Counted from the stretch's first letter, positions 20,638-31,804 are shown. The stretch is DNA of 64,000 nucleotides from an uncultured bacterium (GCA_965369375.1 CBDUQN010000007.1:4993-68992), one strand, 5' to 3'. Made by a program: numbers and translations. The notes: generated by a model not told the origin, from the letters alone.

Positions 20638-21069
20638 CCACCTGTGAAATCGCCATTGTCGGTTTTAGTTACCGGCCGCTCCTCTCGCTCCGGACTTCCG
20701 AGTGCAACGGTCGGCGGTATCGGTATCAGCCAAAAATCCTCTATCCCCTGCATTTAAAATCTCTGTTGTTCACAAATAAATATGTGTTACATTATTTTTA
20801 CGCATAATTCTTGAAACACTTTGTTAAAGCAGTAGGTTCGACAGGCCGGCACTGTCCCGAAAAAGAGACAAGACCATGAAATATTGTCCACAAGAAGGTA
20901 CACGAACCCAACCTCCCGCCTGCTGGTTTTATGCAAGCAGCTCAGGGGTGGGAGTCCGTGAATCGAGAATAGTCAACCTTCACTACGGGCGCTCGAGGAC
21001 GGTTCCTCGGTGTGCGCCGGTTATGGCGCGGGGCATCCCCGCCCCATGCAGAAAAATCCTCCTAACTCT

Positions 21070-22533
21070 ATGAAAATGTATATTCTTGATAGATACATCA
21101 TCAAATCGCACGTCGCCCCTTACCTCTTCGGCCTTGCCCTCATTACCTTCGTTTTCGTCATGGATTTCATCTTCAGGTACCTCGACCTCTTCATCGGGAA
21201 GGGGGTTGATTTCTTCGTCGTTTTGGAGTTCTTCGTGCTCTCACTGGGTCATATGTTTGCATTAATTATTCCAATGGCCGTGATGCCCGCCACGCTCATG
21301 GCGTTCGGACAATTGACTTCCGAAAACGAAGTTACGGCCATGAAGGCGATGGGAGTCTCACTCTACCGGATGATTCTGCCCGTTTTGCTGGCCGCGATAC
21401 TCCTCGCGGGGGGGCTCGTTTTCTACAATAACCGCATTCTCCCCGAGAGCAACCACCGGCTCATGAACCTGATGATCGATATCGGAAAGATGAAACCGAC
21501 ACTCGAAATACGGGAAAACATCTTCAGCGAAGCTGTCGAGGGATACACGATCCTCGTCCGGGAAAAAGATGACCGGACAGGCAGGATCGAGGATATACAG
21601 ATTTTCGAGAAGAAGCGGGGCGGCATTCCGAAAACGATCATAGCCCGCCGGGGAACGATGCGGTTCATCGCCGAGGAGGGTGTTCTGCGGTTCGAACTCG
21701 AAGACGGAGAGATCCACGACATGCCGGATCCGAAGGATGTGAGAACATACCGCCGGACGACATTCAAGCATTTGGTCCTCAACATTCAGGATATCGAGCG
21801 AAAACTGAAACGGAGCCAGCGTTCCCACCGCGGTGACCGGGAAATGAGCGCGGCGATGATGCGGGCGAGAATCGTGGAGATCGAACAGAATATCGGGGGC
21901 GTGAAAAATCACATGCACCTGGTGGCTGCAGAGCCGTACCTGAACTCACTCACGCCGCATTTTCCCGTTTTTGGGGATCTCTCGCCCAGCCAGGAAACGG
22001 CATCCCCGCTGCCGGGTCCCACCCCGAGAAAAGCGACAAGCCAGGACATGAGGCGGGTGGCGGAACAGGTCCTTCAGGTGCTCGAAACGGAAACACACGT
22101 CATCGAATCGAACAGAAGCCAGATATCCAGATACGGCGTCGAGATTCACAAGAAGTATTCGATCCCTTTCAGCTGCATCATTTTCATTCTTCTCGGCGCC
22201 CCCCTCGCAATCCGATCCGGCAAAAGGGGAATGACGATGGCGGTTGGATTCAGTATCCTGTTCTTCCTGGTTTACTATGTCTTCCTCATTAGCGGGGAAA
22301 AGCTCGCGGACCGGAGATTCGTCGCCCCCTGGCTTGCGATGTGGCTGCCGAACATCCTTTTCACAGTGTCCGCGATGCTGCTGCTTCACAGCACCGTTCG
22401 GGAGGCACAGACGATCAACTGGAAACGATTCAATATTTTACAAAGGATCAGGCGGCGCGGGACGGCGGACACCGCGCAACCGAGCGATAGTAAGCGAACG
22501 CGCAAGGCGCTTGGGCGAAAAGACACACCGTGA
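21070..22533 (+). CDS. lptF: LptF/LptG family permease (YjgP/YjgQ)
   Basis: Multi-TM protein with the N-terminal MYILDRYI motif typical of LptF/LptG and a large periplasmic loop; start moved to the ATG at 21070 (MKMYILDRY). Confidence 0.75.
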   Translation: MKMYILDRYIIKSHVAPYLFGLALITFVFVMDFIFRYLDLFIGKGVDFFVVLEFFVLSLGHMFALIIPMAVMPATLMAFGQLTSENEVTAMKAMGVSLYRMILPVLLAAILLAGGLVFYNNRILPESNHRLMNLMIDIGKMKPTLEIRENIFSEAVEGYTILVREKDDRTGRIEDIQIFEKKRGGIPKTIIARRGTMRFIAEEGVLRFELEDGEIHDMPDPKDVRTYRRTTFKHLVLNIQDIERKLKRSQRSHRGDREMSAAMMRARIVEIEQNIGGVKNHMHLVAAEPYLNSLTPHFPVFGDLSPSQETASPLPGPTPRKATSQDMRRVAEQVLQVLETETHVIESNRSQISRYGVEIHKKYSIPFSCIIFILLGAPLAIRSGKRGMTMAVGFSILFFLVYYVFLISGEKLADRRFVAPWLAMWLPNILFTVSAMLLLHSTVREAQTINWKRFNILQRIRRRGTADTAQPSDSKRTRKALGRKDTP

Positions 22534-23609
22534 GAATACATGACAGATATATTCTGAATGGTTTTTTGCGGAACCTCGCACTGGGTCTGCTGGCGTTCAC
22601 CGTTATCTATATCACGGTGGACGTAAACGAAAAGGTAGACACGTTCCTCGATCACAATGCGCAGGTCATCGATATCATCTCCTACTATATCTTCAAAATC
22701 CCCTGGATCATAGTCCTCATCCTGCCCGTTTCGATTCTCCTCTCGACGATTTTCTCTCTCGGCAGACTCTCGCAGGAAAACGAGCTCACCGCGTTCATCG
22801 CTTCGGGAACACCGCTCGTCAGGGTGGCGGCGCCTATTTTGGTATCTGCATTCTTCATCAGTTTCATATCGATCGCTTTTGGTGAATTCGTTGTCCCGAG
22901 GGCGAATCGCAAAAGCGAGCGGATCATGCTCGTTGAAATCGAAAAAAAGAAAAAGCGCGATTCCTTTCGGTACAAACACAATCTTCACTACCAAGGCGAA
23001 AACGACCGCGTCTACGTCGCCGACAAGTACGATCTCCAGATGAATGTCCTCGTCAATGTGATTATCCACGAGTACGAGGACGCGAGCATACGAAGGAGAA
23101 TTGACGCGAGAAAGGCGTTCTGGGACGGTGAAAAATGGGTATTCGTTAACTGCGTCGTTCGGGAATTTGTTGGTGACAAAGAGACGATCTCCACCTTCGA
23201 CCGCATCGCCATGACCGATCTGCCCGAGAAGCCCGACGATCTCGCCAAGGAGGAGATCGCGCCGGAAGAGATGAATTATAAGGAGCTCCGAGAGTATATA
23301 GACAAGGTGAGGCGCAGCGGGGGACCGGTCGACAAGTACCTCGTCGATCTCTACTTCAAATTCAGCTTTCCGTTTACCAACCTTATCTTCGCCGTGATCG
23401 GAGCGGCTCTATCGTCGGCGAAACGAAAACCTTCCCTTGCCACCGGATTCGGCCTGACGCTCTTTATCAGCTTCACGTATTACGGAATATTGAGAATCGG
23501 GCAGGCGCTCGGCCACAGCGCGACGATTCAACCTCTGCTTGGAGCATGGATCGGAAATATTATATTTATAGTGATTGGTTGCGCCCTCCTGTTTCACGCG
23601 AACCGCTGA
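22530..23609 (+). CDS. lptG: LptF/LptG family permease (second copy)
   Basis: 359-aa ORF with N-terminus MRIHDRYILNGF; the GTG start overlaps the upstream stop (GTGA), indicating translational coupling with the preceding permease gene. Confidence 0.75.
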   Translation: MRIHDRYILNGFLRNLALGLLAFTVIYITVDVNEKVDTFLDHNAQVIDIISYYIFKIPWIIVLILPVSILLSTIFSLGRLSQENELTAFIASGTPLVRVAAPILVSAFFISFISIAFGEFVVPRANRKSERIMLVEIEKKKKRDSFRYKHNLHYQGENDRVYVADKYDLQMNVLVNVIIHEYEDASIRRRIDARKAFWDGEKWVFVNCVVREFVGDKETISTFDRIAMTDLPEKPDDLAKEEIAPEEMNYKELREYIDKVRRSGGPVDKYLVDLYFKFSFPFTNLIFAVIGAALSSAKRKPSLATGFGLTLFISFTYYGILRIGQALGHSATIQPLLGAWIGNIIFIVIGCALLFHANR

Positions 23610-23671
23610 TGCACACCCGCGCATAACCGGTGGGAGCACATACAATGTTCTCTGGAGACGGAAGAGGCTTG

Positions 23672-25318
23672 ATGGAAAGATCGGTGTTTATTCTACGAAA
23701 ATTTTCGATCCTGCGAGCGCTCGCTTTCACGTTCACCGCACTATCGCTGTTGTCGGTCTCACTGTACGGGGCGGGAGAGAACTTCAAAGGAGAGCTTTCC
23801 CTGATCAGAAAGCTCACTCCGGAGGAGCGGCTTACTTTTTTCAGCCTCCAGTATCTGATGAACCAGTTCCAGCAGAAGCAGTACCTCTCCCTCCCGACGG
23901 CCGGGGAACGCGAAGTATGGGTCGAGCGGTTCTGGCTGGATATCGATCCGACGCCGGCAACGGACCGAAACGAGCGCAGAATAGAGCACGAGACGCGCGT
24001 GAAGTTTGCCCGAAGGCTCTTCAAGAAGAAAAAAGCGCCGGGCTGGGACAAGCGCGGGGAAACGCTCATACGGTTCGGAATGCCGACCATGCGGGCAAAA
24101 ACATTTGGTAATATCGGTTTCTACCGCCAGGAGCCTCCCGGAGAAATCTGGTATTACTCGAGCCTCGACATGCTCGTCCCGTTCCACGATTTCAATCTCA
24201 GGGGAGAGCACATCTACGCGATCGAACCGTATGGGAGAAGCTCCCGCGAGGAGCTCAGGAGACTGGCAAATATCGGCAAATACTACCAGTACGAGATAAT
24301 CAACAACTACTACGCGACGGAATACCTCAGCCCGGATGAAGTGAAGGACCTCGTAGACTTCAACCCCGACGAGATCGACTACCTCGCCGATCCCGATCTG
24401 AGGCTCTTTGCGGCGAGGGATCTCATCGCCGAGTGGCAGGCGGAGAAAACCCGGAAATCGGTGAACAATTTCTACAAGTACATGAAAGAGAATTCGCTTA
24501 TCTATTCATTCGAAATGAACCAGGAGCTCCTCAACGTCTACTTCGACGTCATCGCATTCAGCGGCGGAGAGGGACTGTACCGAACGGAGGTCAATTTCGA
24601 GGTTCCCACCGAGGAGATACTCTTCGTCCAGCAGGAGGGCAACCTGAATGCGAATATCGATTTCAGGGTTGTCGTACGGGATATGGAGATGAACAAGGTA
24701 ACGGAGGGCGAGGACGTCGTCACAGCGGTGACATCTGAAAGGAACATGGAAACGATGCCGAGCCTCCTGCCCGGGCAGATCGTGCTTACGCTCGAGCCGG
24801 GATATTACCACCTCGGGCTGGAGGCAATCGATCTGAACTCCGGCAAGCGCGGAACCTTCAGAACGAATGTCGAGCTTCCTCCCCCCGGCAAAGCATTGCG
24901 TATAAGCGATATCCAATTCGCAAGCACGATCAAGGAGACCGAGGAGAATGTCAAATTCGTCAAGGGGAACATACAGGTGATCCCCCACCCCATTCACGCG
25001 TACCGGATACCGTATCCCCTTACCGTTTATTTCGAGATTTACGGCCTAGCAACGGACAGGGAGGATCTTGCCTATTACTCGGTCGAATACGCCATTGTCC
25101 CGATGCAAAAGAGGAGAAAAGGGCTCGTTCTCGTAGAGGTGGATCTCGCCTTGAGCTCAAGATTCGAAACGACCGGATTCGGCTCAAAGCAGGTTCAGAG
25201 AATCGAGATCGCCACCGGAAACCTGTGGAAAGGTGTCTTTCAGCTCGTCGTGAAAGTCCAGGATCGCAGAACCCGAAAGGTCGTTGAGCGGCGCGCCACC
25301 TTCTCGATACTGGACTGA
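23672..25318 (+). CDS. secreted GWxTD-like domain protein
   Basis: Roughly 548 aa from MERSVFILRK..., with a signal peptide and a segment (KKKAPGWDKRGETLIRFGMP) resembling the GWxTD domain motif; no enzyme motifs recognised. Confidence 0.4.
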   Translation: MERSVFILRKFSILRALAFTFTALSLLSVSLYGAGENFKGELSLIRKLTPEERLTFFSLQYLMNQFQQKQYLSLPTAGEREVWVERFWLDIDPTPATDRNERRIEHETRVKFARRLFKKKKAPGWDKRGETLIRFGMPTMRAKTFGNIGFYRQEPPGEIWYYSSLDMLVPFHDFNLRGEHIYAIEPYGRSSREELRRLANIGKYYQYEIINNYYATEYLSPDEVKDLVDFNPDEIDYLADPDLRLFAARDLIAEWQAEKTRKSVNNFYKYMKENSLIYSFEMNQELLNVYFDVIAFSGGEGLYRTEVNFEVPTEEILFVQQEGNLNANIDFRVVVRDMEMNKVTEGEDVVTAVTSERNMETMPSLLPGQIVLTLEPGYYHLGLEAIDLNSGKRGTFRTNVELPPPGKALRISDIQFASTIKETEENVKFVKGNIQVIPHPIHAYRIPYPLTVYFEIYGLATDREDLAYYSVEYAIVPMQKRRKGLVLVEVDLALSSRFETTGFGSKQVQRIEIATGNLWKGVFQLVVKVQDRRTRKVVERRATFSILD

Positions 25319-25406
25319 TTCCCCGGATAATCAGACGTGATTTATTCGTATCCCGATCATACGCACGGATTTCGCAGGCATTGCTGTGCCGGCGCGAGAC
25401 GCGGTG

Positions 25407-26663
25407 CTACGTCCCCTCCTCCCAGCTTGCCAGATACTTCTTCTGCTTCTCTGTCAGCTCGTCGATCACGCAGCCGATGGCCTCGAGCTTGAGACGGGCG
25501 ATCTCCTCATCGATTTCGAGAGGCACGGAATAAACCTTTTTCTCGAGATCGCCTTTGCTCTTCACAATGTACTCTGCAGAGAGGGACTGATTTGCGAAAC
25601 TCATATCCATTACCGATGCCGGATGGCCCTCGGCCGCGGCGAGGTTTATCAGACGGCCCTCGGCGAGGAGATTGATCCTGCGGCCGTCGGGGAGAACGTA
25701 CTGGTCGATGTGCTCGCGAATGCGGCTCTTGCTCTTCGACATCTCATCGAGCTCGGGGATATCTATCTCTACATTGAAGTGGCCGGAGTTGGCGACGATC
25801 GCTCCGTCCTTCATGAGCTCGAAGTGTTCCTTTCTAATGACCGAGACATTGCCGGTCAGCGTTATGAAGATATTGCCTGCTTGCGCGGCTTCCATAGAGC
25901 TCATCACCGAAAATCCGTCCATGACCGCTTCGAGGGCCTTCACCGGATCGACTTCGACAACAATTACATTCGCGCCCATACCCCGCGCCCTCATTGCCGT
26001 TCCGCGCCCGCACCAACCGTATCCGAAAATGACGATGCGTGAGCCCGCGAGCAGAATGTTCGTCGCCCGCATGATGCCGTCGATGGTACTCTGCCCCGTG
26101 CCATAGCGGTTATCGAAGAAGTGCTTCGTTTGCGCGTCGTTCACGGCGATGACCGGATACGCCAATACGCCGTTTTTCTCCATGCTCCGGAGCCTGATGA
26201 CGCCGGTCGTTGTTTCCTCCGTTCCCCCATCCACGACCTCGAGGAGCTCGCGCCGATCCTTGTGCAGCTTGCTGACGAGATCGGCGCCGTCGTCCATCGT
26301 GATGTGCGGCTTGATGTCGAGGACTGAGTCGATATGGCTGTAGTAGCGATCGTTATCCTCTCCCCGCACCGCAAAGACGGATATTTCGTCGTGCTTGATG
26401 AGTGAGGCGACGACATCATCCTGCGTGCTCAGGGGATTGGAGGCGCAGAGGGCCACCTCGGCGCCTCCCGCCTTGAGCGTCCGCATCAGATTGGCCGTTT
26501 CCGTCGTCACGTGCAGGCAGGCGGCTAATCTCACGCCCTCGAGCGGTTTCTCTTCGCTCATCTGTTTCCGGATCAGGGTGAGAACCGGCATATGCTCGTC
26601 CGCCCAGTCTATCCTCTGCTTCCCCGCCTCGGCCAATTTCAAGTCGCTGCAATCATAATTCAT
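25407..26663 (-). CDS. ahcY: adenosylhomocysteinase
   Basis: SAH hydrolase signatures ([22 protein letters not shown]-binding motif). The track ORF was trimmed to [15 protein letters not shown], because the longer version overlaps the metK 3' end. Confidence 0.9.
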   Translation of the reverse strand: MNYDCSDLKLAEAGKQRIDWADEHMPVLTLIRKQMSEEKPLEGVRLAACLHVTTETANLMRTLKAGGAEVALCASNPLSTQDDVVASLIKHDEISVFAVRGEDNDRYYSHIDSVLDIKPHITMDDGADLVSKLHKDRRELLEVVDGGTEETTTGVIRLRSMEKNGVLAYPVIAVNDAQTKHFFDNRYGTGQSTIDGIMRATNILLAGSRIVIFGYGWCGRGTAMRARGMGANVIVVEVDPVKALEAVMDGFSVMSSMEAAQAGNIFITLTGNVSVIRKEHFELMKDGAIVANSGHFNVEIDIPELDEMSKSKSRIREHIDQYVLPDGRRINLLAEGRLINLAAAEGHPASVMDMSFANQSLSAEYIVKSKGDLEKKVYSVPLEIDEEIARLKLEAIGCVIDELTEKQKKYLASWEEGT

Positions 26664-26703
26664 TACATGTTCCTTTCCTGACTGGATGTGTATAAACGGC
26701 CGG

Positions 26704-27846
26704 CTAGACCTTCGACTTGAGGACATCGACATAGTCTAGGTTCTCCCAGGTAAATTCCTTCTCCTCACGGCCGAAGTGTCCGTAGGCGGCGGTCTTTTGG
26801 AAGATACCCCGCAGCAGTTTCAGACGTTCGATGATGCCCCGGGGAGTAAGATCGAACGTTTCGCGCACGATCTTGGTGAGCTTCTCGTCACTGACGATGC
26901 CCGTGCCGGATGTATCGATCATGAGAGATACCGGTTCGGCCAAGCCGATCGCATAGGCGAGCTGAACCTCACACTCCTCGGCGAGCCCCGCGCCCACGAT
27001 ATTCTTCGCGACATGGCGCGCGGCGTACGAGGCCGACCGGTCTACCTTCGAAGGATCTTTGCCCGAGAAGGCGCCGCCGCCGTGGCTTCCGAAGCCGCCG
27101 TAGGTATCCACGATGATCTTTCTGCCGGTCAATCCCGTATCCGCCATGGGGCCGCCCCTGACAAACCGTCCCGTCGGATTCACGAGAACCTTGTAGTCGG
27201 TCTGATCGACATCGAAACCGGCGACAACCGGCTTTATGACATGCTCCACGAGCCCTTCGCGGATCTCATCGAGCGAGACATCTTCACTGTGCTGGGTAGA
27301 GAGGAGAACCGTATCGATCTTCTTTGGGACATTATCCTCGTATTCAATCGTCACCTGCGATTTTCCGTCCGGCTTCAGAAATGTAAGCTCATTAGCTTTT
27401 CGCACCTCGGCCATCTTCATGACGAGACGGTGAGCTATGATGATAGGCATCGGCATGAGGACATCAGTCTGCCTGCAGGCGTATCCGAACATCATGCCCT
27501 GGTCTCCCGCCCCCCCTCTATCGACCCCCATCGCGATGTCCTCGGACTGCCCTTCTATTGTGGTGAGAACAGCGGTCGTCTCATAATCGAATCCGAGATC
27601 CGGGTCGGTATAGCCGATATCATGGATTACTTCACGCACGAGCTTGGGGATCTCGACATACTCTTTCGTGGTAATTTCGCCCGAGATGAGCGCCATACCG
27701 GTCGTGACGAGTGTCTCGCACGCGACACGCCCGGTAGGATCGTTGGACAGAATCGCATCCACGATCCTGTCGGAGATCTGGTCCGCCACCTTGTCCGGAT
27801 GTCCCTCGGTCACGGATTCCGAAGTAAAAAGATGTCTCTCAGACAT
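26704..27846 (-). CDS. metK: S-adenosylmethionine synthetase
   Basis: 380-aa ORF with the canonical MetK N-terminus [20 protein letters not shown] and downstream GGGAFSGKD; strong AGGAGG Shine-Dalgarno upstream. Confidence 0.95.
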   Translation of the reverse strand: MSERHLFTSESVTEGHPDKVADQISDRIVDAILSNDPTGRVACETLVTTGMALISGEITTKEYVEIPKLVREVIHDIGYTDPDLGFDYETTAVLTTIEGQSEDIAMGVDRGGAGDQGMMFGYACRQTDVLMPMPIIIAHRLVMKMAEVRKANELTFLKPDGKSQVTIEYEDNVPKKIDTVLLSTQHSEDVSLDEIREGLVEHVIKPVVAGFDVDQTDYKVLVNPTGRFVRGGPMADTGLTGRKIIVDTYGGFGSHGGGAFSGKDPSKVDRSASYAARHVAKNIVGAGLAEECEVQLAYAIGLAEPVSLMIDTSGTGIVSDEKLTKIVRETFDLTPRGIIERLKLLRGIFQKTAAYGHFGREEKEFTWENLDYVDVLKSKV

Positions 27847-27946
27847 GCAACGCCTCCTCTAAACAAGTAGATTCCTATGTAATAATTTATCCGAATATAT
27901 AACTCTTTTGTAATGGATTCATCAAAGTCAAGCGAAATCAAACGCA

Positions 27947-28921
27947 TCAACGGTAATCGATCTGTGAATGATCGCTTACATTGAAGCTGCTGCGGCGGCC
28001 GGTGACCTCCGCATAGGCGCCGACAACGCTACCCTCGAGCATGACATTAATCAGACTGCTTCCCTCATTCAGAATCGAATTCGATATAATCGTGTTCTTG
28101 ATTTCACATCCCTTTGCCACCGAAACGTACGGCCCTATGATCGAGCTTTCGATCCTGCTATCGCGATCGAGGTAGCATGGCTGGATGATTATGGAGCCTT
28201 CCACCTCGTTGTCCGGCTCCATGGCTTCGAGAAGAACTCGATTGGTTTCGAGAAGCGTTTCGACCTTACCGCAATCATACCACCCGTCAATGGCGTACGG
28301 ATGGAATTTTGCGCCGTCGTTGATCATGATCTGGAGCGCGTCCGTTATCTGGTGCTCCCCTTTCGTTGTTATGTCCTTTTCGATGATCTGCCCGCACGCA
28401 TCATACAGCATCGAAGAATCGTGAAAATAGTAAAGCCCGATGACGGCGAGATTGCTCTTGGGCTGATCGGGTTTCTCCTCGATACTGCGTATCATCCCTC
28501 CCTCGACTTCGCAAATTCCGAATCTGCCTGGATTGGTCACCTCGTGCACGCCGAGAACATAATCGCCCACTTTTGGAATTCTCGCAAAATCGGTCTTTAT
28601 GATTGTGTCCCCGAGAATGATAACCAGTTCGGCGCCGTCGGCATGTGATCGTGTCAGATTCACCGCGTGTGCAATGCCCCTCTGCTCCCCCTGTACGACG
28701 AATGTCATCGGAATATCGTAGGTGCTCTGCAGATACTCTTTGATCAATTCGCCCTTGTACCCGATAATCGGTATCAGCTCGGAGACGCCCATGTCGAGCA
28801 ATCCGTCTACGATATGCCCGAGGATGGGTTTCCCCGCGACATTGAGCAGCGCTTTCGGATTGGTCAGGGTATGCGGACGGAGCCGCTTCCCGATTCCCGC
28901 TACCGGTATAACCGCCTTCAT
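27947..28921 (-). CDS. sugar-phosphate nucleotidyltransferase with C-terminal left-handed beta-helix (mannose-1-P guanylyltransferase / glucose-1-P thymidylyltransferase-like)
   Basis: N-terminal MKAVIPVAGIGKRLRP...LLNVAGKP nucleotidyltransferase motif plus C-terminal hexapeptide repeats; the ATGA overlap with the upstream PGI/PMI gene suggests a GDP-mannose route. Confidence 0.7.
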   Translation of the reverse strand: MKAVIPVAGIGKRLRPHTLTNPKALLNVAGKPILGHIVDGLLDMGVSELIPIIGYKGELIKEYLQSTYDIPMTFVVQGEQRGIAHAVNLTRSHADGAELVIILGDTIIKTDFARIPKVGDYVLGVHEVTNPGRFGICEVEGGMIRSIEEKPDQPKSNLAVIGLYYFHDSSMLYDACGQIIEKDITTKGEHQITDALQIMINDGAKFHPYAIDGWYDCGKVETLLETNRVLLEAMEPDNEVEGSIIIQPCYLDRDSRIESSIIGPYVSVAKGCEIKNTIISNSILNEGSSLINVMLEGSVVGAYAEVTGRRSSFNVSDHSQIDYR

Positions 28922-29988
28922 GAATCCTCCGATCCGAGCAATTCTTTTATTCGCTCGATCTTATCGATTGGCGTAGGATCCTGACCGTATTCAACGGCGA
29001 GGTATACGCTCGTGTAATCCCCGAGAATGAGAGTTGAAAGAAGGCGTGAGAGCCGTCCCTCCCTGCCCGCCGCCCCATCACTCTCGATCACGGCCGCGCC
29101 GCCTGCAAGCGGTTTGAGCATCTCGTATGTGATTCTCATCCGCTTCTTGATACGGGGATGGTCCTCGTGATCGGTGAGCATAATGATGAAGAGGTCTTCA
29201 CGCAACCGCTCGGGACACTCCCATCCCATCACCTCATTGTGCCCGAACTCGGGGAAGACGTTGTGAAAAGCCATCGTCTTGCTGTTCTCATTGATCTGGC
29301 ACTTCCAGCGGTACGCCACGCCGCTGAGAAGCCCGTCCCCGCTGTATATCATGGGCATCTTGCCGTAGAGTCGCTTGGAGAGCTGCAGCGCGGTGTTCTG
29401 GGTCTGGTCTCCATCGAGAAAGAACCTGTCTGAGAGCTTGCGCACCTTCCTGACAGCAGAAGCTATCTCCGAATCGGATACCGGGTAGATCCCGAGGTTG
29501 GAGACGAGGCGAAGCAGCGGCGTGAACAGATACCCGATAGCGGCTCTCGGCGGAAGTCCGCCGGGTACCATGCAAACCGGGACACCGGCACGTGCAGCCC
29601 GCGCTCCGAGCTCACCCCCGGACGTAACCACCGCGAGATTGCACCCCTTCGAGCGGGCGTCATCGAATACACTGAGCACTTCCTCGGTATTGCCGCTGTA
29701 GCTGACGCACACGACCGATGTATCGGTGCCGGCGTACGAATCGAGTTTGTAGCCGCGCTCGAGATGGATCGGAACGGGGCAATTCCTTCCAAGAAGGTCC
29801 TTGAGAAGCCTCCCGCCGATGGCTGATCCCCCGAGGCCGCTCATGACGAGAGGGAAGGCGCCTCCACCGTGGGAAAAATCCTTCGCCGAATCCCACACTC
29901 TCTCGATCTGGTCGGGAATGCTCTTGACGTTGTCGAGCATCCGGCTCATGTCAGTGTGGTAATACCGTGCAGCATCATCTGAACTCAT
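28918..29988 (-). CDS. bifunctional phosphoglucose/phosphomannose isomerase (SIS domain, archaeal-type PGI/PMI)
   Basis: 356-aa ORF with two SIS-like halves (VMSGLGGSAIGG, VVCVSYSGNTEE) typical of the PGI/PMI family. Confidence 0.65.
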   Translation of the reverse strand: MSSDDAARYYHTDMSRMLDNVKSIPDQIERVWDSAKDFSHGGGAFPLVMSGLGGSAIGGRLLKDLLGRNCPVPIHLERGYKLDSYAGTDTSVVCVSYSGNTEEVLSVFDDARSKGCNLAVVTSGGELGARAARAGVPVCMVPGGLPPRAAIGYLFTPLLRLVSNLGIYPVSDSEIASAVRKVRKLSDRFFLDGDQTQNTALQLSKRLYGKMPMIYSGDGLLSGVAYRWKCQINENSKTMAFHNVFPEFGHNEVMGWECPERLREDLFIIMLTDHEDHPRIKKRMRITYEMLKPLAGGAAVIESDGAAGREGRLSRLLSTLILGDYTSVYLAVEYGQDPTPIDKIERIKELLGSEDS

Positions 29989-30043
29989 GTTTTATATCTC
30001 CCGTGCTCCTCCGGTAGGAAAGGAAAACGTCATTCGCGCCGCT

Positions 30044-31804
30044 CTATGTATAGGACTCGTGGATGAATTCCTTGAGCTCCGAACGCTTCTCGTAAATGAA
30101 GTGATCGAGCATCTCTCTCACTTCTGTCGCCGTCGACATGTTCAACGCTTTTCGCGCAAGGGATTTCGTCTCATCGTAGGTAACAGAACGTATTATCTTC
30201 TTTATCTCGGGTATGAGATACGCGCTGGCACTGAACTCGTTGAGACCGAGTCCGATCAGCAGGAGCGCCCCGTGCACATTCGCGGGCATTTCACCGCAGA
30301 TGCCGACCCAGATGCCGTTTTTATGAGCCGCACTGACCGTATCCCTGAGCAGACGCAGAATGCTCGGATGGAGCGCATCGTAGAGGTACGATATTCTGCT
30401 GTTTCCCCTGTCCACCGCAAGCGCATACTGTATGAGATCGTTCGTGCCGATGCTGAAGAAATCGACCTCGCGGGCCATCTTGTCGGCAATGGCGACGGCG
30501 GACGGCGTTTCGATCATGATACCGACCTCGACATTTTCTCCGATCTGATACCGCTCCCGTTTGAGATCCTCCCTTACCTCTTCGCATATCGCCTTCGCCA
30601 CCCGCACTTCATCGATGATCGAGATCATCGGGAACATAATCCGCACACTCCCGTACGCCGAAGCCCGGTAGATCGCCCTTAGCTGCGTCCTGAAGATATC
30701 TTTTCGCGACAGGGTGAACCGTATTCCCCTCCAACCCATGAAGGGATTGGCTTCCTTGCTCTCACCCATCCATCCCGCAATCTTGTCTCCGCCGATATCG
30801 AGAGTTCTGAAGATCACCGAATCCGGTGAAAGCTTCTTAACGACGTTACTGTAATATCGAAACTGCTCTTCCTCGCTGGGAAGTGATTTTTTCGTTATGA
30901 AGAAGTATTCCGTCCTGAACAGCCCGATACCCTTTGCACCGTGATCGATTATATCCTTCACCTCATCGGCTATCTCGATATTTCCGGAAAGCTCGATCGT
31001 ATGTCCGTCCAGGGTGACGGCGGGATAATCCTTGAGCGTGAGAAGCTCCTTCTCCATCTCCTGGAATTTGACCTGCGCTTCCTTGAACGTTTCAACCGTT
31101 TCCGGTGTGGGGTGCAGCACCACATGTCCCGTTATCCCGTCGACGATCATGCGGTCGTACGGCTTGGCCCGGAGGCTGAAATCCTCCAGACCCACGACGG
31201 CGGGCATCCCGAAGGAACGCGCCAGAATAGCCGCATGAGACGTGCTGCCGCCGAAATCGGTAACAAACGCGATAACATACTTTTTATTGAGCCCCGCCGT
31301 TTCGGACGGGGTCAGGTTCTTCGCGACAACGATCGATTTCTTTCTCAGATTCGTCAATCCCTCGACCTTCTGTCCGAGGAGGTTGCCGATGACACGCTTG
31401 CGCACATCCCGAATATCTTCCGCCCGCGATTTGAGATACTCATCCTTGATGTCATCGAAGGTGGTGAGCACGCCGTCTAGAACCATGCAGAAAGCATACG
31501 CGGCATCGACCTTTTTCTCCTTGATCCTGCGGACCGTCTCCTTGCGCACCAGATCGTCCGAGAGAATCATGCGGTGTGAATCGAGAATCTTGGCGTGATC
31601 CTCTCCGAGATCGTCCGCAAGTGCCTGGTGAAGCTTGCGGAGGTCGGCTTCCGTTTCCTCGAGGGCCGATTCGAAGCGCTTGATCTCATCATCGATCTGA
31701 TCATCGGTAATCGATTCCGCGATTATCGCCAGGTCTTCGACGTTGACGACATATGCCTCGCCGAATGCGATTCCCGGAGACACGGGGATCCCCTCGAAGA
31801 TCAT
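30044..31804 (-). CDS. ptsI: phosphoenolpyruvate-protein phosphotransferase (PTS Enzyme I)
   Basis: EI N-terminus MIFEGIPVSPGIAFGEAYVV, the phospho-His domain and a C-terminal PEP-utilising domain. The start was moved to the ATG at 31804, because the longer track ORF overlaps ptsH. Confidence 0.9.
   Translation of the reverse strand: MIFEGIPVSPGIAFGEAYVVNVEDLAIIAESITDDQIDDEIKRFESALEETEADLRKLHQALADDLGEDHAKILDSHRMILSDDLVRKETVRRIKEKKVDAAYAFCMVLDGVLTTFDDIKDEYLKSRAEDIRDVRKRVIGNLLGQKVEGLTNLRKKSIVVAKNLTPSETAGLNKKYVIAFVTDFGGSTSHAAILARSFGMPAVVGLEDFSLRAKPYDRMIVDGITGHVVLHPTPETVETFKEAQVKFQEMEKELLTLKDYPAVTLDGHTIELSGNIEIADEVKDIIDHGAKGIGLFRTEYFFITKKSLPSEEEQFRYYSNVVKKLSPDSVIFRTLDIGGDKIAGWMGESKEANPFMGWRGIRFTLSRKDIFRTQLRAIYRASAYGSVRIMFPMISIIDEVRVAKAICEEVREDLKRERYQIGENVEVGIMIETPSAVAIADKMAREVDFFSIGTNDLIQYALAVDRGNSRISYLYDALHPSILRLLRDTVSAAHKNGIWVGICGEMPANVHGALLLIGLGLNEFSASAYLIPEIKKIIRSVTYDETKSLARKALNMSTATEVREMLDHFIYEKRSELKEFIHESYT

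Noticed and set aside
20638-21069. Possible tRNA or structured RNA in the sprA-lptF divergent region
   Set aside because: No acceptor/T-arm pattern (no GTTCRANYC T-loop) or other known RNA family signature was seen; only a short GC hairpin is reported.
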